This document shows, piece by piece, positions 57,457 through 64,000 of a stretch of 64,000 nucleotides of DNA (positions are counted from its first letter, which is position 1; each line of letters begins with the position of its first letter). The position numbers and the translations under genes were made by a program. The notes beneath the pieces were generated by a model. That model ran no database searches, was not told the DNA's origin, and saw only the letters and a program-made list of their open reading frames with translations. Source of the stretch: an uncultured bacterium (GTDB lineage: Bacteria; Patescibacteriota; Minisyncoccia; Phycocordibacterales; UBA9973); NCBI GenBank assembly GCA_903869825.1, contig CAIQAL010000016.1, forward strand, positions 34,269 through 98,268, in the 5' to 3' direction.

Positions 57457-60348
57457 ATGAAAATAGAACAAACTAATAATTTTGAAGGGAAAAAAGGGTT
57501 TGAAGATTTTTCTGGTCTATTAGAAGATGAAAACAAGGGATTTTTTAGTAAGATGTCCGGAGGAGCTAAGAGTATTTTTAATAAAGCATATGAGGGCATT
57601 AAAAAAGTTCCTGTCGCCGAAAGAATGATTGGGAAAATGGGAATCGCTTATAATCAGCATTGGATAGATTCGCATGAAAAAGTTGCCACAAAAAAACAAG
57701 TGGCCCTTGAAAATACTGAAACTGAGATTAATACCCTTTCTTCGGTAAGGTCAGAAATGGTTGATGCCATCCAAACCCTAGAGCAAGAAGGGGTTTCTAC
57801 CACTCCGCTTCAGAGAGGCTTGAAAAATATTGACAAAAAGACTCTGAAAAAAATGGGTGAGAGTGACAAGCATCAAAGCAAACTTGAAGCTAGAGTTGAC
57901 CTGATGACAATCTATACAAACAAAAGAGACCATATCGCCGATCAAGCGATAAGTAAATATGACCAAAAAATAGAACCATTGAATTTAGAAATGCAAAGAC
58001 TCGCTCTTCTGCGAGAAAAAGTAAAAATGGTAATTGAGGAAACAAAGAGAAAAAACGAAGCACAAAGGAAAGTGTTAAGTCAATTGTTAGACAAAAAATT
58101 AAGAATCGAAGAAGCTTACCGAAAAGGCGGAATTAAAGACGGCGCTGGAGGGATCACTGGAGGAAGAATATCAAAGATTTCTGCCGTAAAAGAACTTCAA
58201 AAAGTCATAGAACAAGGGTATGACAAGTTGCACAATGAGGAAGATAAACTTTTTTCAAAAAAATTAGAAATTGATATAAAAATAGCAAAACTTGAAAGGA
58301 AGGCAAACCCCTATCGGGACAGAAGAGAAAATCTTATTCGAGTGAAAGAGAATAGACCAATCGAATTTGGTATCGCCCAAAGAGAAAGAAGTGAAAACCG
58401 TGATTACGAACTAGATACCGTAGCCCACTTAAAAAATAATTTGGAAAATTTGTACAATAAAGATTCAGAAGACACAAGTGAGCCCGAAAATATGCCAGAT
58501 GAATTAGACACTCAGAAACCTGAAAACGGACCAAGGTTTTTGTCTGAAGAGGAAAAGGGGATGATGTCAGGATTCTCGGAACAGGATATCGGTAAAAAAT
58601 TTGGAGAAAATATAAAATGGAACGAGTCAGGAGATTTTGGAGTAAATATCTATAAAGAGGGAAAACTATTTTGGAAAAAATATCATGTAAAAATGTATAA
58701 TAGGCAAGGAGAGGATGGATATGAATATGTTGACTATAAGATTTTAAATAAGGAAATAATAAAAAAAGAAAAAGAGGCCATCCTGGAAGCAAATCGCGCA
58801 ATGTCAATCCTTTCGGACAAAGAAAATGATTCATTTGAATTAGTAATAAATGAAAAAGAAGGGAAAGTATACGAGATAAATTCAGTACCGAAAGCAGAAG
58901 AACTACCTGCAGAATCACCTGAATTGCCTGCAGCCTCAATTCCAGAAGTTCCAGCACCAAGCACCAGTGAAGCATCAAATGTGGCTACGGTCGAAAAAAA
59001 GAAAAAATCGCTCAGAGAAAGAATAAGTAGTTGGTTCAGCTCAAAGAAGAAGGAAACGAAATCGCCAGAAACAAAAATTGACAATAAAGATGAAGCTGCC
59101 GCTCAAGAGAAAATTTCTCTCGAAGAACAAGAAAAAAAAGAAGCGGAACGTAAATTAAGAGAAGAGCAAGAAAAATCAGGTGCTTTACGGGCTTCAGAAA
59201 TGGATGCAGAATATAAATTAAAGAAAGAACAAGAAGAATCGGATGCTTTACGGGCTTCATTAATGGACGTAGAAAAATTAAATTTAAAATATCCATTTGA
59301 GTGGAAAATTTACAAATCAACAGACGACGATGGTACTCCTTTTAATTCCCGAGAAGGGACATTTAATTTAGAAACCATAACAGGAAAAGTGGAAATAATC
59401 ATACTAGAAGAGCAAACTGAGTGGAAAAAATCAAAATCAGCAGGATTAAAAAAAGTGTTAACGCTAGGATTAAAAGATTTTGGTAAATTTTTAGTGAAAG
59501 AAAAACCAACATGGAAAGTTTCCATTGAAACAAATGGTAAAGACTCATATCCTCACGAATTTGCCACAATAGAAGAAGCGGCTGCCTATGCAGAAAAAAT
59601 TATTGACGACGAAACTAAGATTAAAGATGAAGCTGCCGCTCAAGAGAAAATTTCTCTCGAAGAACAAGAAAAAAAAGAAGCGGAACGTAAATTAAGAGAA
59701 GAGCAAGAAAAATCAGGTGCTTTACGGGCTTCAGAAATGGATGCAGAAGATAAATTAAGAGAAGAACAAGAAAGATCTGGTTCAATTCGGGCCAAAAAAA
59801 TGGAAAAAGAATTAAGAAAAAATGCACCTAAAAAATCCTTTAGTGAAAGATTTCCTAGAATAGCAGAAATCTTCATGCAAAGAGAATTAACAGAAGAAGA
59901 ATCTAGGGCTAAAGATGAAAAGGATCTGAATATTATTATTGAAAAAGAAATCAAGAATGATAATTCCGAACGAGGAAAAATTGCAACAGAACTAAGTCCT
60001 AAGACACTAAGATCATTTATTGACATAAGAAGAGACCAAACAGCTGAAGAAATTGACTTAAATCTTAAATTTCTATCTAAAAAAACTGCTAGGCAAATTG
60101 CAAAATCATATGAGGCTTCCTTCCGTTTTAACAACCCTAGCTTGAAATTCTCAGAAGAAGCGGCAAAAGAACTTATAAAGGGCAATGTAAATATTGTTTT
60201 TGGAGGTCATGCAAATGAAGAGGTGATACTTCCTGATGAGATTATAAAAATACTTGCTAAAAGTAAGGGTAAAATCGAGTTTTCTTCTGACTCGTGTCAA
60301 CATAAACTTGATAACTTTAGAGAGGAACTTACTAAAAGTACTGATTAA
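57457..60348 (+). CDS. large K/E-rich coiled-coil protein with internal repeats
   Basis: 963-aa ORF, heptad-rich, duplicated 42-aa segment. Confidence 0.8.
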   Translation: MKIEQTNNFEGKKGFEDFSGLLEDENKGFFSKMSGGAKSIFNKAYEGIKKVPVAERMIGKMGIAYNQHWIDSHEKVATKKQVALENTETEINTLSSVRSEMVDAIQTLEQEGVSTTPLQRGLKNIDKKTLKKMGESDKHQSKLEARVDLMTIYTNKRDHIADQAISKYDQKIEPLNLEMQRLALLREKVKMVIEETKRKNEAQRKVLSQLLDKKLRIEEAYRKGGIKDGAGGITGGRISKISAVKELQKVIEQGYDKLHNEEDKLFSKKLEIDIKIAKLERKANPYRDRRENLIRVKENRPIEFGIAQRERSENRDYELDTVAHLKNNLENLYNKDSEDTSEPENMPDELDTQKPENGPRFLSEEEKGMMSGFSEQDIGKKFGENIKWNESGDFGVNIYKEGKLFWKKYHVKMYNRQGEDGYEYVDYKILNKEIIKKEKEAILEANRAMSILSDKENDSFELVINEKEGKVYEINSVPKAEELPAESPELPAASIPEVPAPSTSEASNVATVEKKKKSLRERISSWFSSKKKETKSPETKIDNKDEAAAQEKISLEEQEKKEAERKLREEQEKSGALRASEMDAEYKLKKEQEESDALRASLMDVEKLNLKYPFEWKIYKSTDDDGTPFNSREGTFNLETITGKVEIIILEEQTEWKKSKSAGLKKVLTLGLKDFGKFLVKEKPTWKVSIETNGKDSYPHEFATIEEAAAYAEKIIDDETKIKDEAAAQEKISLEEQEKKEAERKLREEQEKSGALRASEMDAEDKLREEQERSGSIRAKKMEKELRKNAPKKSFSERFPRIAEIFMQRELTEEESRAKDEKDLNIIIEKEIKNDNSERGKIATELSPKTLRSFIDIRRDQTAEEIDLNLKFLSKKTARQIAKSYEASFRFNNPSLKFSEEAAKELIKGNVNIVFGGHANEEVILPDEIIKILAKSKGKIEFSSDSCQHKLDNFREELTKSTD
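59085..59748 (+). repeat. 127-bp perfect direct repeat (59085-59211 and 59622-59748)
   Basis: base-by-base identity; offset 537 bp, in frame. Confidence 0.9.
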
Positions 60349-60377
60349 TAAAATCTAAACCTAAAATAAATAAATTT

Positions 60378-60665
60378 ATGAAAACAGATCAAAACACACA
60401 AACTAGTGAAGAAAAAGATTTATCAAAAGAACTAGACGGACTTTTAAAGGAAGCCGGGGATATAAATAAAACAATAGATGAAACAAACGCAGATTCAACA
60501 GAAAAAATGAATGAAATTGAAAAGAAAGTTGATGAATCAGAAAAAAAAATTAATGCCGTATGTTCTGATATGGATATAATTGAAAAAGAAGCAGGAAAAG
60601 ACATAGAAAGACTTATGATGGAAGAAGCAGAATTATTGGCAGAAGAAGACAAAAAAGAACAATAA
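60378..60665 (+). CDS. small acidic coiled-coil protein
   Basis: 95-aa ORF directly downstream of the large coiled-coil gene. Confidence 0.7.
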   Translation: MKTDQNTQTSEEKDLSKELDGLLKEAGDINKTIDETNADSTEKMNEIEKKVDESEKKINAVCSDMDIIEKEAGKDIERLMMEEAELLAEEDKKEQ

Positions 60666-60702
60666 TAAAATTTTCAACCTATTCTATGCTATATTAATCT
60701 GC

Positions 60703-62640
60703 ATGGAAGACCACTTAAAAGGCTTAAATCCAGCTCAAAAAGAAGCGGCAGAACATATGGATGGTCCAATTTTAATTGTGGCCGGAGCCGGAGCCGGAAA
60801 AACAAAGACAATCACTCACCGAATAGTAAATTTGATAAAAAAAGGGGTAGCGCCGGAGAAAATCCTGGCGGTAACTTTTACCAACAAAGCCGCAAAAGAA
60901 ATGCGGGAGAGAATCGTGGCTGAAATAGAAAAAAATGCCAAAGGTCAAAATACTTTGCCTTTTGTTTCTACTTTTCACTCGCTTGGAGTTTACATAATTA
61001 AAGAAAATGCCCGAATTTTAGGCCTGACAAAATATTTTACAATCTTGGACGAAAGCGATACAACGAATTTGGTAAAAGATGCCATCAAAGAACTTGGACT
61101 TGATCCAAAACAATATGACCCAAGAAGAATAAAAAATATTATCAGCCGAGAAAAAGGAAAATTCACTAACTTGTCGGATTACGAGGAAAAAGAATCAAGC
61201 GCGCTTGGAAGAATCGTTGGGGCTGTGTGGAATATTTATGAAAAGAAAAAAAGCAAAGAAAACTCACTCGACTTTGATGACTTACTTTTAAAAGCGGTAA
61301 AACTTTTGAAAGAAAATGAAATGATAAGAAAAATTTACCAGGAACGCTGGGAGTATATTCACATCGATGAGTATCAGGATACAAACGAAGTACAATATCT
61401 AATGACCCGGATTCTTTCGGAAAAGAATAAAAACATCTGCGTAGTAGGGGATGCGGACCAAAACATTTACTCCTGGCGCGGAGCAAACTTGAAAAACATT
61501 TTGTCTTTCGAAAAAGATTATCCAAACGCAAAAATAATTTTACTGGAAGAAAACTATCGATCGACCAAAAACATTTTGGAAGCGGCAAACGAAATAATTA
61601 AAAAAAATATTTACCGCCCGGACAAAAACTTATTTACCAAAAATGAAACCGGGGAAAAAATTTCTCTCTACGAAGCCATCGATGAAGGAGACGAAGCCGA
61701 ACACGTCGCAACAAAAATTTTAACCCTGCTCGACAAAGAATCGACTACCTTCCCCGAAGTCGCAGTTCTTTACCGTGCAAACTTTCAGTCGCGCGCCATG
61801 GAAGAAGCGATGCTCAGGTACAATATTCCGTATCAAGTGTTAGGAGTAAAATTTTTTGAAAGGAAAGAAATCAAAGATACCCTCGCTTACTTGCGAGCGG
61901 CACTGAACCCAGAAAGTCTTTCGGATATAAAAAGAATTATCAATTTCCCGGCACGCGGAATCGGCAAAACAACTTTGCTAAAACTTTTTTCTGGAGAGAA
62001 AGAAAGTTTGCCGATAAAAATGAAACTAAAAATCGATAATTTTTATGCCGCGCTCGGAGAAATAAGCGAAAAAATTAAAACAGAAAAAGCATCAGAGGTG
62101 GTAAAGTTTACCGTAAAGAAATCTGGCATTGAACTTGAGTTGCAATCGGGAGTGGAGGAAGACCTAGAAAGGCTTGAAAACATTAAAGAATTAGCGACCT
62201 TAGCTGTTAAGTACGACAACCTAAAAGAGGGCGGTGGAATAGAAAAACTTTTGGAAGATGCCTCACTTGCAAGCGACCAAGATTCGATAATGCATCGAGA
62301 AGAAAAAAAAGAAAATAAAAACGCAATTAAACTAATGACTGTTCACGCTTCAAAGGGTCTCGAATTCGAATATGTTTTTATTACCGGGCTCGAAGACGGT
62401 CTCTTCCCACATCAAAAACAAGGAGAGAGGGAAACAGCCGAAGACCGGGAAGAAGAACGCAGACTATTTTACGTAGCGCTAACTAGAGCAAAGAGAAAAT
62501 TATTTCTATCATATGCTGACTTCCGAACAATTTTCGGATCTCGCCAGATAAATGCTCCTTCGGAATTTTTGGCCGACATCCCGAAAGATTTAATCGAGAA
62601 AGGGGATGAAGACCCTGGAATCAAAACCATCTATATATGA
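60703..62640 (+). CDS. pcrA: UvrD/PcrA SF1 DNA helicase
   Basis: AGAGAGKT, TFTNKAA, DEYQD, NYRS, TVHASKGLEF, ERRLFYVALTRA. Confidence 0.95.
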   Translation: MEDHLKGLNPAQKEAAEHMDGPILIVAGAGAGKTKTITHRIVNLIKKGVAPEKILAVTFTNKAAKEMRERIVAEIEKNAKGQNTLPFVSTFHSLGVYIIKENARILGLTKYFTILDESDTTNLVKDAIKELGLDPKQYDPRRIKNIISREKGKFTNLSDYEEKESSALGRIVGAVWNIYEKKKSKENSLDFDDLLLKAVKLLKENEMIRKIYQERWEYIHIDEYQDTNEVQYLMTRILSEKNKNICVVGDADQNIYSWRGANLKNILSFEKDYPNAKIILLEENYRSTKNILEAANEIIKKNIYRPDKNLFTKNETGEKISLYEAIDEGDEAEHVATKILTLLDKESTTFPEVAVLYRANFQSRAMEEAMLRYNIPYQVLGVKFFERKEIKDTLAYLRAALNPESLSDIKRIINFPARGIGKTTLLKLFSGEKESLPIKMKLKIDNFYAALGEISEKIKTEKASEVVKFTVKKSGIELELQSGVEEDLERLENIKELATLAVKYDNLKEGGGIEKLLEDASLASDQDSIMHREEKKENKNAIKLMTVHASKGLEFEYVFITGLEDGLFPHQKQGERETAEDREEERRLFYVALTRAKRKLFLSYADFRTIFGSRQINAPSEFLADIPKDLIEKGDEDPGIKTIYI

Positions 62641-63398
62641 AACACATCCCAAAAAAATCATTAGGCCAAAACTTTTTAAAGTCCAAAATCGCTTTGGATA
62701 AAATTGTTGCAGCTGGCGAAATTTTTCCTGAAGATACTATTTTGGAAATCGGGCCCGGAAAAGGAGCGCTGACTGAAAAACTTTTAGCAGTGGCTGGAAA
62801 GGTATTGGCGGTAGAAAAAGATAGAAACCTTTTTATTTTTTTGCAAGAAAAATTTGCAAAAGAAATCTCTTCTGGAAAATTAATTCTAACTGAAGATGAT
62901 ATTTTAAATTTTTCAATCAAAGGTGATTACAAAATCATTGCAAATATTCCCTACAACATCACCGGGGCAATACTGAAAAAATTTCTAGGGGGAGAGAGCC
63001 AGCCCAAGATGATGGTTCTGATGGTACAGCACGAAGTTGCCAAAAGGATTATGGCTCGAGACGGAAAAGAAAGTATCCTTTCAATTTCGGTCAAAGCCTA
63101 CGGAGCACCAAAACTAGAAATGAAAGTCCCAGCCCGTTACTTTGCTCCATCTCCAAAAGTTGATTCTGCGGTAATTTCAATAAAAAATATCTCAAGAAAA
63201 TTTTTTCAAGAAAACAATATTAGTGAAATAGCTTTTTGGAAAATAGTCCACGCTGGATTTGCTCATAAAAGAAAAAAATTGTCGGGGAACCTTCAAAACG
63301 TCGTTTCACAAGAAAAAATTTCTGCCTCGGGGGTAGAAAACAAAAGAGCAGAAGATTTAACCTTGTCCGATTGGACCAAGATAATCCACAATTTTTGA
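62637..63398 (+). CDS. rsmA: 16S rRNA adenine dimethyltransferase
   Basis: KSLGQNFL, EIGPGKG, ANIPY, PKVDS. Confidence 0.97.
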   Translation: MKHIPKKSLGQNFLKSKIALDKIVAAGEIFPEDTILEIGPGKGALTEKLLAVAGKVLAVEKDRNLFIFLQEKFAKEISSGKLILTEDDILNFSIKGDYKIIANIPYNITGAILKKFLGGESQPKMMVLMVQHEVAKRIMARDGKESILSISVKAYGAPKLEMKVPARYFAPSPKVDSAVISIKNISRKFFQENNISEIAFWKIVHAGFAHKRKKLSGNLQNVVSQEKISASGVENKRAEDLTLSDWTKIIHNF

Positions 63399-63441
63399 TT
63401 TATCTTTAGTTTTAAAAATTGGAATGTGATATAATCATAGA

Positions 63442-63927
63442 ATGAGGAAAAGTTTTTCTGCTTTAGGAATAATTTTGCTAGCTGTTTTTTTGTTACCAAA
63501 AACATCTTTTGCTTTGAGTATGGGTTTTGGGGGAAAAATAATGGCCACGACAATTTCAGGAGTCACTTGCACCGGAGGTGGAACCTTGGTAATTCTTGAC
63601 ACTAACGCATCTGGGGCTGTAAGTGCCGTATCCTCTGCTGCTTCTAAAGGAAGTACTACTTCAAAAGTATACGGAACAATAAGTAGTATTTATAAAATGA
63701 TTCCTTTTTACGCAACCGATTTAAGTAAAAAACCTCAAAAAGGTGGTCACATTATTGGAAAAGCGGACTCAATCATCGACACTGGAACTTGTAAATATAA
63801 ATCAGGAGACAGTTATGTCCCAGTCCCGGTACGAAAAACAAGCAAATATGCTATTTCTCCCGATTTGTCAAAATCTACTTCTAATTATGGAACAACTTCG
63901 TCGGCAGGAATATATAATTACGAATAA
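63442..63927 (+). CDS. secreted hypothetical protein
   Basis: signal peptide ending SFA, FGGKI..C motif. Confidence 0.7.
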   Translation: MRKSFSALGIILLAVFLLPKTSFALSMGFGGKIMATTISGVTCTGGGTLVILDTNASGAVSAVSSAASKGSTTSKVYGTISSIYKMIPFYATDLSKKPQKGGHIIGKADSIIDTGTCKYKSGDSYVPVPVRKTSKYAISPDLSKSTSNYGTTSSAGIYNYE

Positions 63928-63933
63928 AATATT

Positions 63934-64000
63934 ATGAAAAAATATCTACCAAGCAAAAAATTCATCTATCTTATCGTCTCATTTATTGTAGTGGGAGGAA
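63934..64000 (+). CDS. partial membrane protein (runs off window)
   Basis: MKKYLPSKKFIYLIVSFIVVGG. Confidence 0.55.
   Translation, partial: MKKYLPSKKFIYLIVSFIVVGG

Noticed and set aside
54-63937. Numerous short antisense or alternative-frame ORFs in the track (e.g. 25857-26396, 51093-51641, 58334-58978, 59640-60185)
   Set aside because: Shadows of real genes; Ser/Phe-rich antisense composition and no motifs
1-64000. CRISPR array, rRNA, prophage, transposase or DGR reverse transcriptase
   Set aside because: No spaced repeats, rRNA signatures, phage structural genes, DDE/HUH transposase or RT motifs seen

Overview
AT-rich bacterial chromosomal segment, standard genetic code. Gene content and style fit Patescibacteria/CPR (Parcubacteria, possibly Nomurabacteria-like; this is inference): rpsO-NYN-pnp order, trigger factor without its PPIase domain, leaderless promoters, a minor-pilin cluster and Cys-rich orphan paralogs. 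The window holds housekeeping genes (argS, dut, tmk, glyA, sod, rnhA, recJ, pgk, tpiA, nusA, hppA, tig, clpP, rny, hup, lexA, pnp, rpsO, a Xer recombinase, xth, murI, cca, pcrA, rsmA), a type IV pilus/T2SS-like cluster, five tRNAs lacking encoded CCA and several large orphan surface proteins. Main observations: (1) four natural-transformation genes (ComEC channel, ComEC-type MBL nuclease, ComM, YraN) survive only as internally deleted or frameshifted remnants while the pilus genes are intact; (2) four self-contained orphan cassettes have consensus promoters, leaders and terminators, two with Bacteroidota-style export signals; (3) a parS cluster sits in cca/yraN; (4) an SOS box fills the lexA promoter spacer; (5) short palindromic elements are inserted in-frame in conserved genes; (6) there are candidate structured leaders before pnp and an M23 peptidase gene. 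No CRISPR array, rRNA, prophage or transposase was seen. All family assignments come from motif recognition by eye, not database searches.
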